A stretch of 32,000 nt of DNA from Vibrio vulnificus CMCP6 (GCF_000039765.1 NC_004459.3:1890001-1922000), one strand, 5' to 3'; counted from the first letter of the stretch, positions 8,904-18,315 are shown. The notes: generated by a model from the letters alone, not told the origin. Translations and numbers: made by a program.

Positions 8904-10115
8904 ATGCGTTATTTAGCTCTATTGATGATCGGGTGTTTATCGCTACCCGCTTATGCATTAACTCAGGTGGATATCTACCGCACAGAAGTCGCGATTGACA
9001 GCACAAAAGACAAAGGTGAAGAGTTAGCTCGTCAGCAGGCAATGAAGCAGGTTATTGTTCGAGCATCCGGTTACCAAGACTCGGTTGATAATCCCGTTGT
9101 GACAAAGGCACTTCAATCCAGCGCCCGTTATATTTCGCAATTGAGCTATGGCAAAGAAGGGGATGTCATGACCCTGAAGTTGCTTTTTAATGATGCGCAA
9201 ATTCGCTCGCTATTAACGCAAGCCCAACTGCCTTTTTGGCCAACAAACCGAAATAATCTGCTGGTTTGGTTGGTGGAAGAGCAAAACTATGATCGCAAGA
9301 TCGTGTGGGAGCACTCGGCGAGCAACGTTTCTGACCAATTGAAGCAAGCCGCTCGTGATCGTGGTTTGCCATTGACGTTGCCTGTGGGTGACTTTGACGA
9401 TATCACAGGTATTGAAGTGTCGGACTTGTGGGGAGGCTTTGCCAAACCGATCAGTTTAGCCAGCGGTCGCTACCCAGTGGATGGCGTGTTGGTGATTCGT
9501 GCTCAAGGAAATTCATTGCGTTGGAATCTGTACGATCAATCCCCTGGCGCTATCGCGCGTTCGAATGTTGCGCCTGTCACCGGAAGTGCCAATGGTGGTG
9601 ATGCAGCGACACAACTGATTAATGCTGTTGCCGATTTTTATGCTAAACGTAGCGCCGTCGTTGTTCTTGGTGAGTCCTCTGAATCGGTCGTGGTGAAGTT
9701 TTTAAACATCAACAACGCAATTGATTTCTTTACGTTAGAAAAGACACTCACGTCGTTGAACTCAGTGGCCAATCTTGATGTATTAGAAATCAAAGGTAAT
9801 GAGTTGATGTTGCGTGTGCACTTGCTGGCTTCGCAAGAAGCGTTTGAGCAAGAAGCCACAAAGCTGTCTAAAATCACCAAATTTGATGATCCGTTGCTGG
9901 TAGAAGATGAAGAGAATGCTGTGCCAGTGCCGCCAATTGAGACGCAAGTGCAGCCAACAAAAAATGACGCACTGACAAAAAGTGATGAGGTGGGTGAACC
10001 CTCCATTGAGCCCATCATGCCAACACTGAACGAGGAGACCACTCATTCGCCAGTGGTGGTCGAACAACCGCCAGCCAAGCCCAAATATCAAATGGTGTTT
10101 GAGTGGTTAAGTTAG
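8904..10115 (+). CDS. Secreted conserved hypothetical protein, DUF2066-like
   Basis: 403 aa. N-terminal signal peptide (MRYLALLMIGCLSLPAYA). The C-terminal roughly 80 aa are Pro/Glu-rich. The family assignment is from memory of similar proteins encoded next to pur genes in gammaproteobacteria. Confidence 0.6.
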   Translation: MRYLALLMIGCLSLPAYALTQVDIYRTEVAIDSTKDKGEELARQQAMKQVIVRASGYQDSVDNPVVTKALQSSARYISQLSYGKEGDVMTLKLLFNDAQIRSLLTQAQLPFWPTNRNNLLVWLVEEQNYDRKIVWEHSASNVSDQLKQAARDRGLPLTLPVGDFDDITGIEVSDLWGGFAKPISLASGRYPVDGVLVIRAQGNSLRWNLYDQSPGAIARSNVAPVTGSANGGDAATQLINAVADFYAKRSAVVVLGESSESVVVKFLNINNAIDFFTLEKTLTSLNSVANLDVLEIKGNELMLRVHLLASQEAFEQEATKLSKITKFDDPLLVEDEENAVPVPPIETQVQPTKNDALTKSDEVGEPSIEPIMPTLNEETTHSPVVVEQPPAKPKYQMVFEWLS

Positions 10116-10165
10116 GTTGCTCTCGTGATATAAGCTTCTAATACTGTGAATAGTTAGATATAAAA

Positions 10166-10197
10166 ACAGCCAACGTTGATCGTTGGCTGTTTTTTTA
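10166..10197. terminator. Terminator between the convergent DUF2066 and DUF2069 genes
   Basis: 10-bp stem acagccaacg / cgttggctgt with a 5-nt loop, followed by T7. AAAA upstream allows weaker function on the - strand. Confidence 0.8.
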
Positions 10198-10232
10198 TGC
10201 TTATTGCGACAATGAGGGCAAAAGCCATTATG

Positions 10233-10667
10233 TTACGGCTGATTACCAAACTTCGCTTTCTCCTCTTTTTCGACTTGCGATAGCTTTTTCAACTTCATTC
10301 CTAGCTCTTGGCCGCGCGCTCTCGCAAAGAGAATATTGCCAGCAAATCCTAACGTGGTGAGCAACAGCTCGACCAAAGCCAGCCAACGCTCACCACCATC
10401 GACGTACAAAATCGTTAAAGCGTGTAAAAAATAGAGCATTAAAACAAAGTTTGCCCAAGCGTGGGTGTAGGGCTTACCCGCCAAAATACCTGGTAATGGT
10501 AAAAGTAGGGGAATACACCATGCGATCGCGAGGGTAGTGGAACTTAAATGAGGGTGTGGCGATAACGCCAATTGCCAAAGTACAACCCACAGTAACAGCG
10601 ATAAATTGCCAAACAAGGCCAAATAGCGGTACTGCTGTGTTTTTGGACTCATGTCGACATCAGACAT
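10233..10667 (-). CDS. Small polytopic membrane protein, DUF2069-like
   Basis: 144 aa with about four hydrophobic helices. The start abuts the stop of the upstream wrbA-like gene with no gap. Confidence 0.6.
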   Translation of the reverse strand: MSDVDMSPKTQQYRYLALFGNLSLLLWVVLWQLALSPHPHLSSTTLAIAWCIPLLLPLPGILAGKPYTHAWANFVLMLYFLHALTILYVDGGERWLALVELLLTTLGFAGNILFARARGQELGMKLKKLSQVEKEEKAKFGNQP

Positions 10668-11243
10668 CTACGACTCCTTTTGCTTTTTGGCAACCAGTGC
10701 CAAGCGCTTTCCTAATTGTTGCGCCAAGCGAATTTCTTCTGTGGTGAGTGAGCTTTCGTGACCAACACTACTTGCGCCATATGGGGTGCCACCCGATTGT
10801 GTTTGGTGCAGATCAGGCTCCGAATAAGGGATACCCAAAATCAACATGCCGTGATGCAGCAGTGGGACCATCATATTCTGTAGCGTCGTTTCTTGACCCC
10901 CGTGCATACTACTTGATGAAGTAAAAACACAGGCTGGTTTATCAATCAAAGATCCATTCAACCACAGTGGTGAGGTTTGATCCCAAAAGTGCTTTAGTGG
11001 CGTTGCCATTGCACCAAACCAAACGGGGCTTCCCAAAGCAAGCCCGTCACAGTTACGCAACTCATCCAGAGTAACAATAGGCTCTGATGCTTGTTGTGAG
11101 CTGGCGTTCAATTCTGTAACGGTGCGCAGGACAGCTTCGCAATGGGGAATGGATTCAATTCCCCGGGCAATTTGGCGAGCAAGTAACTTGGTTTTTCCGT
11201 GACGGCTGTAGTACAGCACCAACAGCTGAGTAGTCACTGACAA
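10668..11243 (-). CDS. Flavodoxin-fold NAD(P)H:quinone oxidoreductase, WrbA family
   Basis: 191 aa. LVLYYSRHGKTKLLARQIA, GSPVWFG..., HGGQETT and GGTPYGAS parallel the WrbA motifs. Confidence 0.75.
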   Translation of the reverse strand: MSVTTQLLVLYYSRHGKTKLLARQIARGIESIPHCEAVLRTVTELNASSQQASEPIVTLDELRNCDGLALGSPVWFGAMATPLKHFWDQTSPLWLNGSLIDKPACVFTSSSSMHGGQETTLQNMMVPLLHHGMLILGIPYSEPDLHQTQSGGTPYGASSVGHESSLTTEEIRLAQQLGKRLALVAKKQKES

Positions 11244-11594
11244 TTACAAAATCTCTAATACTTGCTCTGGTGGGCGACCAATACGAGCTTGGCCATTAGC
11301 AACCACGACAGGGCGTTCAAAAAGAGATGGGTTTTCTGCCATCGCATTAAACAGTTGTTCGTCAGTGACCTTGTCATCACCTAAAGAGAGCGATTTATAC
11401 AAGTCTTCTTTTGTACGCATCATGTCACGGACAGAGGAAAAGCCCAATTGAGCGTAGAGGGCCTTGAGTTGTTCTACATTCAGTGGCGTTTCAAGGTACT
11501 TCACCACTTCAGGCGTCACGCCATGTTGTTCCAATAGTTCGAGGGTTTGACGGCTCTTTGAGCAGCGTGGATTGTGATAAATCACGACTGACAT
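11244..11594 (-). CDS. yfgD: ArsC-family (glutaredoxin-fold) reductase, YfgD-like
   Basis: Start set at MSVVIYHNPRCSKSRQTLELL (ATG at 11594, GGAG RBS). It lies 16 nt downstream of bepA, matching the E. coli yfgC-yfgD pair. The longer track ORF would overlap bepA. Confidence 0.8.
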   Translation of the reverse strand: MSVVIYHNPRCSKSRQTLELLEQHGVTPEVVKYLETPLNVEQLKALYAQLGFSSVRDMMRTKEDLYKSLSLGDDKVTDEQLFNAMAENPSLFERPVVVANGQARIGRPPEQVLEIL

Positions 11595-11610
11595 AGGATT
11601 CTCCATGTAT

Positions 11611-13065
11611 TTATTGTAATGCGAGGAAGCGATCTCGTTGGACCATGAGTTGGTCAATGCGCGCGTCGTATCTTGCCTGCTGCAAACTCCCTAACTCGGC
11701 CAGTTGGCTGGCTTGCGTATAGTATTGGATCGCTTTGTTCCAGTTCGCTTGCAGCGCCAGAATTTCCGCACGTGACGCGAGGTCTTCACCACTGTTACCA
11801 ATGGCAATATTGGCGCGCGAAAGCAGATGCCATCCATTGGTGTCTTCTGGATTATCATGCGTATAACGTTGCAATACACGGATCGCTTCTTCGGTTTTAT
11901 CTGCTTCGAGCAAAGCATTGGCGTAGTTTATCGTTAGAACCTTGTTGTTGGGAATGCGTTCTAACGCACTTTTTAACATTGCGATCGCTTTCTCTGGCTG
12001 TTTTTGCTCGATATAAAGATCAGATAGCGCATCAAGATAGAAAGGATTGTTACCCTCATTTTTAATTAATCGGGCCAAAATCGTTTCAGCTTGATCCAAT
12101 TCTTTTTTGTCTAAATGCACCAGCGCTCTGCCATATTCAAAGGCCGGTTTGAGGTCTGGCGTTGCTTTTTTCTCCGTACGAGCAAACCAGTCCATCGCCG
12201 CATCGGCGTCAATTCCTGCGTAGCGAGCGACAATTCGAGCTCGAGTGAGGTGATAGTCGAGCGATGGATTCACGCGATGCGGAGGATACGACTGTGCACG
12301 AGCACGGCTGTCGGTAATTCGATCTTCAGGCAGCGGGTGCGTCAGCAGCATCGGTGGCGGCGTGCTTGCGTAACGGTATTCATCAGCCAAACGTGAGAAA
12401 AAAGTGGGCATGGCTTGCACATCAAAACCTGCCTTTGCAAGCGTATTGATGCCGAAGCGATCGGCCTCTTTTTCATTACTTCTCGTGTAGTTGATCTGGC
12501 TTTGCATATTTCCTGCGGTTGTTGCAGTGATTGCAGCAATACCCGCTTCGGGCGCGGCGATGGCCAGCAACAGCGAGCCTGCTAATGCCGCAAGGGTTGC
12601 AGGAGAGCGTCTCGCTTGCTCTTCCATGCTGCGAGCCAAATGTCGTTGAGTGACGTGGGCAATTTCGTGCGCCACAACGGACGCCAACTCACTTTCTGTT
12701 CGAGCATGAAGAAACAGGCCTGAGTGCAAGGCGACGTAACCACCAAAAAAGGCGAATGCGTTGATGTTTCGATCACGGATCATGAAGAAATGAAAGGGCG
12801 TTTTTACATCGTTGGCATTGGCAACCAAGCGGTGGCCGAGAGAATCGATATACTCGTTAATGACTGGGTCATTGACGATGGGTTTGCTGCTGCGCAGCAT
12901 GCGCATGTAGGCATCACCATAGATTAATTCTTGATCGATCGACAACGTGGCGCCTGCCGCTGTCCCAATGTCAGGCAAATCAATTGAATTGGCCCAAGCA
13001 GGTGTTGGCAAAGCTAAAGTCAAAGCGACAGATAAACTAATAATGGTACGCGCGCGTTTTAACAT
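11611..13065 (-). CDS. bepA: Periplasmic M48 metalloprotease/chaperone with TPR domain, BepA (YfgC)
   Basis: Signal peptide MLKRARTIISLSVALTLALPTPAWA. HEIAHVTQRH zinc motif. TPR-like C-terminal half. The start is taken at the second Met (13065); 13095 is also possible. Confidence 0.88.
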   Translation of the reverse strand: MLKRARTIISLSVALTLALPTPAWANSIDLPDIGTAAGATLSIDQELIYGDAYMRMLRSSKPIVNDPVINEYIDSLGHRLVANANDVKTPFHFFMIRDRNINAFAFFGGYVALHSGLFLHARTESELASVVAHEIAHVTQRHLARSMEEQARRSPATLAALAGSLLLAIAAPEAGIAAITATTAGNMQSQINYTRSNEKEADRFGINTLAKAGFDVQAMPTFFSRLADEYRYASTPPPMLLTHPLPEDRITDSRARAQSYPPHRVNPSLDYHLTRARIVARYAGIDADAAMDWFARTEKKATPDLKPAFEYGRALVHLDKKELDQAETILARLIKNEGNNPFYLDALSDLYIEQKQPEKAIAMLKSALERIPNNKVLTINYANALLEADKTEEAIRVLQRYTHDNPEDTNGWHLLSRANIAIGNSGEDLASRAEILALQANWNKAIQYYTQASQLAELGSLQQARYDARIDQLMVQRDRFLALQ

Positions 13066-13250
13066 AGTAATGATTAACTCTCCATATAGCTGCAATATTA
13101 AGACCCATTGCTGGCTAATTGGTTTCGTAAAGTGTTACAAAAGAAAATGCCAGTCCCTTACTTAAACTGCAAATCAAACTTTGATAAATGCTGGCACCTG
13201 TAAAAAAACACTTTACAATATCACCCCTATCATCAGTTTTAGGCGAGAAG

Positions 13251-13493
13251 ATGGAACGTAAGCGACTCGATCTTAGACAACAACGCTGCCCAATGTCATT
13301 ACTTTTGGCTAAGCGCCACAGTGCAGAGTTATCGGAAGGAAGTCAATTAGTTATTCAACTATCCGACCAAAGCTCTATGCGCGATATCGTCAAGTATCTT
13401 CAATCACGTCAGTTTCTCGTCGAGACAACCATGGAACAGGAAGATTACCTCCTGACTATCACTTTTAATAAGGAAATGTCACAAGATGTTTGA
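13251..13493 (+). CDS. TusA/SirA-family small sulfur-carrier-like protein
   Basis: About 80 aa from MERKRLDLRQQRCPMSLLLAKR. The Cys-Pro motif sits at the TusA position. The 3' end overlaps the perM start by 8 nt. Confidence 0.6.
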   Translation: MERKRLDLRQQRCPMSLLLAKRHSAELSEGSQLVIQLSDQSSMRDIVKYLQSRQFLVETTMEQEDYLLTITFNKEMSQDV

Positions 13494-14556
13494 AATGATC
13501 AACCGCTGGTATAAGCGCCGTTTTTCAGACCCCCATGCCGTCAGCTTAGTGGCTATCCTGCTATTTGGTTTTGTGACGATCTATTTCTTTGGCCACTTGC
13601 TGGCTCCTTTGTTAGTTGCCATTGTTTTGGCCTATTTGTTGGAATGGCCCGTTGCACAACTTCGTCGCTTTGGCGTACCGAGAACCGTTGGCGTGATCGC
13701 CGTGATTCTTCTGTTTATCGGATTGATGTTGATTGCGCTGTTTGGATTGATTCCAACCATTTGGACTCAGGTGGGTAACTTAATCAATGACGTTCCTAAC
13801 ATGTACAACGGGCTGCAGCAGTTTATTGCATCGCTGCCTGAACGTTATCCTGAGTTGGCCAATTTACAAATCGTAGAAGCGATTGTCACCAACGCGAAAA
13901 ACAAAGTGTTGGGAATGGGAGAGAGTGTCGTTAAAGGTTCATTAGCTTCTTTGATCAGCATTGCAACCTTAGCGGTATACCTCATTCTAGTGCCTTTGCT
14001 GGTGTTCTTCTTACTCAAAGACAAAGAAGAAATGATGCGCATGGCCAGCGGCTTGCTGCCAAAGAATCGCAACTTAGCCAATAAAGTGTGGCATGAGATG
14101 AACGAGCAAATCTCCAACTACATCCGCGGCAAAGTGCTGGAGATCTTGATTGTTGGTGGGGTGAGTTATGTTACTTTCGCCATTTTGGACCTGAGGTATT
14201 CGGCGTTGCTCGCAGTGGCGGTGGGCCTTTCCGTGCTCATTCCATACATTGGTGCAGCGGCGGTAACGGTTCCCGTCGCGATTGTCGCGTTGTTCCAGTG
14301 GGGGATCTCAACCGAATTTTATACGTTGCTTATTGCTTATGGCATCATTCAAGCACTCGACGGTAACGTGCTTGTTCCGGTCCTCTTTTCTGAAGCGGTG
14401 AACCTGCATCCAGTGGCCATCATTGTTGCGGTCTTGGTGTTTGGTGGTCTGTGGGGATTTTGGGGCGTGTTCTTCGCTATCCCGTTGGCGACCTTAGTGA
14501 AAGCGGTTTGGAAAGCACTGCCAAGTCAAGATGAGCACGAAGCGCAACCGTCCTAA
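13486..14556 (+). CDS. perM: AI-2E family transporter / putative permease PerM (YfgO)
   Basis: 356 aa polytopic membrane protein with an AI-2E/UPF0118-like profile. It lies across from bepA as in E. coli, here with the tusA-like gene immediately upstream in the same direction. Confidence 0.8.
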   Translation: MFEMINRWYKRRFSDPHAVSLVAILLFGFVTIYFFGHLLAPLLVAIVLAYLLEWPVAQLRRFGVPRTVGVIAVILLFIGLMLIALFGLIPTIWTQVGNLINDVPNMYNGLQQFIASLPERYPELANLQIVEAIVTNAKNKVLGMGESVVKGSLASLISIATLAVYLILVPLLVFFLLKDKEEMMRMASGLLPKNRNLANKVWHEMNEQISNYIRGKVLEILIVGGVSYVTFAILDLRYSALLAVAVGLSVLIPYIGAAAVTVPVAIVALFQWGISTEFYTLLIAYGIIQALDGNVLVPVLFSEAVNLHPVAIIVAVLVFGGLWGFWGVFFAIPLATLVKAVWKALPSQDEHEAQPS

Positions 14557-14596
14557 GATGGTATTGACTCAATTCATTCATTTATTACTCATAAAA

Positions 14597-14628
14597 GAAA
14601 GCCCAGCGAACACGCTGGGCTTATTATT
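14597..14628. terminator. Terminator between convergent perM and bcp
   Basis: Stem gcccagcg (14601-14608) / cgctgggc (14613-14620), flanked by A-rich sequence on the left and T-rich sequence on the right. Confidence 0.8.
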
Positions 14629-14662
14629 GTCTGCTGGATAAGTAAAAATGCTTTAACTCGTC

Positions 14663-15133
14663 CTATTTGCTCTGCTCAAGATAATTAAGAACCACTTCAT
14701 GGTGGTCTTTGGTTTTGAACTTATCAAAGACGTGTTCAATGACACCTTCCTCGTTGATGAGGAAACTAATACGGTGTAGGCCATCGTACACTTTGCCCAT
14801 GAACTTTTTCTCGCCCCAAACACCAAATTGTTCAGCAACGGCGTGATCTTCATCTGACAACAAAGTGAAGTTGAGCGAATCTCGTTCAATAAACTTACCT
14901 AGGCGTTTGACTGGATCGATACTTACGCCCAGCACAACCACATTATGCTTTGCGAGCTCGCTATGGACGTCACGTAGACCTTGAGCCTGAACGGTACAAC
15001 CGGGAGTCATTGCTTTTGGGTAGAAGTAAAAGAGAACTTTTTTTCCTTTGAGGTCTTTGAGCGAGACAAGATTTCCATTTTGATCAGGCAAAGAAAATTC
15101 TGGAGCAGGGGAGCCTGCTTGCAGCATATTCAT
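14663..15133 (-). CDS. bcp: Thioredoxin-dependent thiol peroxidase (peroxiredoxin) Bcp
   Basis: 156 aa. YFYPKAMTPGCTVQA contains the peroxidatic Cys motif. gcvR-bcp adjacency is as in E. coli. Confidence 0.93.
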   Translation of the reverse strand: MNMLQAGSPAPEFSLPDQNGNLVSLKDLKGKKVLFYFYPKAMTPGCTVQAQGLRDVHSELAKHNVVVLGVSIDPVKRLGKFIERDSLNFTLLSDEDHAVAEQFGVWGEKKFMGKVYDGLHRISFLINEEGVIEHVFDKFKTKDHHEVVLNYLEQSK

Positions 15134-15146
15134 GTCATTATTCCTT

Positions 15147-15689
15147 TTAAAGGGTGTTTTTTATAAAGTTCAGCGTGCCTTGTACGTTCAGCGAACGGCA
15201 AAGATCATTAAAATCTTCCTGAATCTGCATTAAATTGGATTCGTTTTGTACGTGTGCCGTAATCGCGATGTGGAACTGGTCTTGCTCCATTTGTACCGCG
15301 GCTTTATCGATGGTTTGGGCACTGAGTGCGCTCAGGCCGATTTGCTTTTCTGCAAAGAATTGTGTGAATTTTTCGGTGAGGCCGACGCGGTCATCCGATT
15401 CAACAAACACCTCAATGGTGTAGCAATTTGTCGTTGGATGATGAGCCGACGTTCGCTTCATTATGGTGATGAGATCATGTTCTTGGCCGAGCAGTGGTAA
15501 AGTGGTCTCGACTCGAGTGACGCCATTAGTGTTGCCAGACAGCAGCATGATGAGGGTAAACTCATTGCCAAAAATGGCGATTCGACTGTCAATAATGTTA
15601 CAACCCGCACGCGTCACCAGTTGGACAACCTGGTTACAGATGCCTGGCCGATCCGTGCCCATTGCGGTAATTACCAGATGTTGAGTCAT
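15147..15689 (-). CDS. gcvR: Glycine cleavage system transcriptional repressor GcvR (tandem ACT domains)
   Basis: Start set at MTQHLVITAMGTDRPGICNQVV (ATG at 15689). Two ACT-like repeats. Divergent from dapA and 13 nt upstream of bcp. Confidence 0.85.
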   Translation of the reverse strand: MTQHLVITAMGTDRPGICNQVVQLVTRAGCNIIDSRIAIFGNEFTLIMLLSGNTNGVTRVETTLPLLGQEHDLITIMKRTSAHHPTTNCYTIEVFVESDDRVGLTEKFTQFFAEKQIGLSALSAQTIDKAAVQMEQDQFHIAITAHVQNESNLMQIQEDFNDLCRSLNVQGTLNFIKNTL

Positions 15690-16069
15690 AGATTCGCTCT
15701 TATTGTGCATTTTGTTTTTTCCGGATGGTAACACAGAAGTTTATGGAAAATGTCGAGTCGCTTCCGTTTTTTATGTTAGGGAACGCTGTGTTGATGGTCT
15801 TGGAATTCACCAGACGCTGACAAGCCTACATCCTAGTCTCATTATAGTTGAGCAAAACTCGCTTTTCCGAGCGAATCGCTTATTGTCAAATATCCCCTAA
15901 GAAGCCGGGTTGAAGGCTCTGAACCTTCGATTGAGGGGCGGTTTGGCTACATAAATCACCAATCAACTCAAATATTCATCCACTAGTATTCAGGAAGCGA
16001 GTTTGCGCTCTTGTTTTTTTGAATCGCCTTACAGTACCATGCAGGAAGGATTAAATGAGGGAGAAAGAC

Positions 16070-16948
16070 ATGTTATCAGGAAGTATCGTTGCGTTACTTA
16101 CGCCGTTCAAAGCCGATGGAGAAGTAGACTTTGATGGTCTGCAAAAATTAGTTGAATATCACATCGCTGCTGGTACGAACGGTATCGTGGCTGTGGGTAC
16201 CACAGGAGAGTCTTCAACACTGACGGTTGAAGAGCACGTAAAAGTAGTCAACAAAACGGTTGAATTTGTTAATGGTCGAATCCCAGTGATCGCTGGCACG
16301 GGAGCCAATGCTACCCATGAGTCGGTGACCTTCAGCCGTCTGCTGAATGATTCAGGTATCGATGCGTGCCTGAGTGTTACTCCATACTACAATAAGCCAA
16401 CGCAAGAAGGCCTATTCCAGCATTACAAAGCGATTGCTGAAGTGAGTAACGTTCCCCAAATTCTATACAATGTGCCTGGGCGTACTGCGGTTGACCTTTT
16501 GCCAGAGCCCGTTGCTCGTTTGGCTGAGCTCGAAAACATCGTTGCACTAAAAGATGCGACTGGTGATTTAAATCGAGTTGCAATTCATCGTGAACTTTGT
16601 GGCGAAGATTTTATCTTACTAAGTGGTGATGATGCGACAGGCCTAGATTTCGTCAAACTTGGCGGTCAAGGCGTGATTTCGGTTACCAACAATATTGCTG
16701 CAAAAGATATGGCGGATATGTTCCGTTTGGCCCTTGAAGGCCGTTTTGAAGAAGCGGAAGTGATCAATCAACGTTTGATGCCACTGCATAAAAACTTGTT
16801 TATCGAATCTAGCCCAATTCCAGTGAAATGGGCAGCGACACAACTTGGTTTGATTGAATGCGGGCATTTACGTCTACCGTTGACTGAGTTATCGGAAAAA
16901 TGTCATCCGATCGTTGCACAAGCAATGACCGACGCAGGGATTTACTAA
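16070..16948 (+). CDS. dapA: 4-hydroxy-tetrahydrodipicolinate synthase DapA
   Basis: [13 protein letters not shown]..., 292 aa, collinear with E. coli DapA. The track ORF starts 5 codons earlier. Confidence 0.95.
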   Translation: MLSGSIVALLTPFKADGEVDFDGLQKLVEYHIAAGTNGIVAVGTTGESSTLTVEEHVKVVNKTVEFVNGRIPVIAGTGANATHESVTFSRLLNDSGIDACLSVTPYYNKPTQEGLFQHYKAIAEVSNVPQILYNVPGRTAVDLLPEPVARLAELENIVALKDATGDLNRVAIHRELCGEDFILLSGDDATGLDFVKLGGQGVISVTNNIAAKDMADMFRLALEGRFEEAEVINQRLMPLHKNLFIESSPIPVKWAATQLGLIECGHLRLPLTELSEKCHPIVAQAMTDAGIY

Positions 16949-16994
16949 GAGAATGTAGTCACGCCGGAGAACATCCGGCGCTTTAGGAGTTTCA

Positions 16995-18014
16995 ATGAAG
17001 TTTTCTCGTCAGTTAGTGCTTAGCTCGCTGGCTGTTTTTGTTTTGTCTGCCTGTTCTGGTAGCGCCACACAACGCCGTCAGGCAAAGGATGACTTTGCTT
17101 ACCTAGAAACACCACCACTTGAGCAGTGGCAATTACCTGAAGGGGCAACCCCTCAATTTTATCCAAATTACAATATCCCTCAGGGTGAGTTTGCGGGTGG
17201 CATTGGTAAGCAAGTGGATATCCGTCCACCTCAGCAAATTTTAGAATTGATCCCGGGTGCACGTTATGAGCGCAGTCAGGGAGAAGTCACGCTTTGGCTG
17301 ATCAAGCAAGAAGAAGCGGATGAAGTGTGGCAAACGGTGAAAGATATGCTGGCTGAGCGTCAAATTCCGATCGACATGCAATCCGATACTCACATCGAGA
17401 CGGGTTGGGTTACGTGGCGCTCTGAAGATGAAGAGATGGAAATCGGTAGCCGATATGCAATTGATCGCTTCGAAGCAAACAATCGTCATGGTTTTAAAAT
17501 CAATTTGGTTGATTGGCGAGAAGGCACTGAGCTTAAGCCGGTAACGCTTACCAATAAAGAGCGCTACAATGTGTTTATGACCAATTTGGTGACGTCTCAG
17601 TACGACCAAGTCAAACGCGATGAAGCGCAGCGTCGAGCTCAGGAATTGGTGAAGCAAATCCCTATCACGATGGGTACCGATAGAAGTGGTTTCCCGGTCA
17701 TCATTGCACGTACTCCGTACAATGTGCTCTGGCAGCGTCTTCCTACGATTCTTCCGCAAATGGGTTTCACGATTGACGAGCGCAACCAATCTCAAGGCAC
17801 CATCAAAGCGAAATACGCCTCGCCGGATGATGAATTCTGGAATGAAATCGGTGTGAAGCCGATGGAGCTCAAGTCAGGCACTTACACATTCTTGTTTGGT
17901 GATTTGGGTAACCGTACATCCATTAACGTGACCGATTCTTCGGGTAAACCGGTTGAGGAAGCGTTTTTGAAATCGATGGCACCCGTCTTAGCCGCGGTGG
18001 TTAAGAAAGAGTAA
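16995..18014 (+). CDS. bamC: Outer-membrane protein assembly factor BamC (NlpB) lipoprotein
   Basis: 339 aa. Lipobox LSAC|SG after a signal peptide. Immediately downstream of dapA, as the dapA-nlpB pair in E. coli. Confidence 0.88.
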   Translation: MKFSRQLVLSSLAVFVLSACSGSATQRRQAKDDFAYLETPPLEQWQLPEGATPQFYPNYNIPQGEFAGGIGKQVDIRPPQQILELIPGARYERSQGEVTLWLIKQEEADEVWQTVKDMLAERQIPIDMQSDTHIETGWVTWRSEDEEMEIGSRYAIDRFEANNRHGFKINLVDWREGTELKPVTLTNKERYNVFMTNLVTSQYDQVKRDEAQRRAQELVKQIPITMGTDRSGFPVIIARTPYNVLWQRLPTILPQMGFTIDERNQSQGTIKAKYASPDDEFWNEIGVKPMELKSGTYTFLFGDLGNRTSINVTDSSGKPVEEAFLKSMAPVLAAVVKKE

Positions 18015-18026
18015 AAGAGAAAAAGT

Positions 18027-18050
18027 AAAAGGGGCATGATGCCCCTTTTT
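18027..18050. terminator. Bidirectional terminator between bamC and the dapE operon
   Basis: aaaaggggc atgat gccccttttt: a GC stem with symmetric A and T runs. Confidence 0.8.
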
Positions 18051-18108
18051 GCTATTTGCTATTTGTGTGCGCACCTGTATTTGGCGTTAGCCAAGATCTC
18101 AATCAGAC

Positions 18109-18315
18109 CTATCTTGAAAGCTCATCATCGTTGTGGGCAGATTGCTGCTTTTTTTGATCAAGCTCGTTGAGCTTATCAAGATCGCTTTTGTCTTTCAGTT
18201 TATCCACTTGGCCTATTTTCATTTTGGCGGTGTATTTTAGTGCCGCGATGTTACCAACGATGACACTGAGTACCACAAAGCTGATGACCCAAGGATTGGT
18301 TAAGATTTCTTGCAT
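18109..18315 (-). CDS. Small single-pass membrane protein, YpfN/DUF2897-like
   Basis: 68 aa from [27 protein letters not shown] (ATG at 18315), preceded by GGAGG with a 4-nt spacer. N-terminal TM helix and a charged Lys/Asp-rich tail. It occupies the position of E. coli ypfN downstream of dapE. Confidence 0.6.
   Translation of the reverse strand: MQEILTNPWVISFVVLSVIVGNIAALKYTAKMKIGQVDKLKDKSDLDKLNELDQKKQQSAHNDDELSR

Noticed and set aside
15991-16020. T7 run preceded by a short GC stem upstream of dapA; possible attenuator, terminator or riboswitch expression platform
   Set aside because: Only about 4 Watson-Crick pairs can form (agcg/cgct). I could see no lysine-riboswitch-like conserved core in 15735-16069, so this is too weak to call.
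17241-17795. 184-aa antisense ORF inside bamC. Similar long shadow ORFs occur at 3990-4475 (in yafJ), 9638-10042 and 9783-10091 (in the DUF2066 gene), 11673-12065 (in bepA), 28064-28414 and 28806-29162 (in fliD), and 1523-1891 (in fadE).
   Set aside because: Each lies wholly inside a gene with strong family-level identity on the opposite strand. The peptides are Arg/Leu/Ser/Cys-rich, as is typical of antisense frames, and none has an RBS or a recognisable domain.
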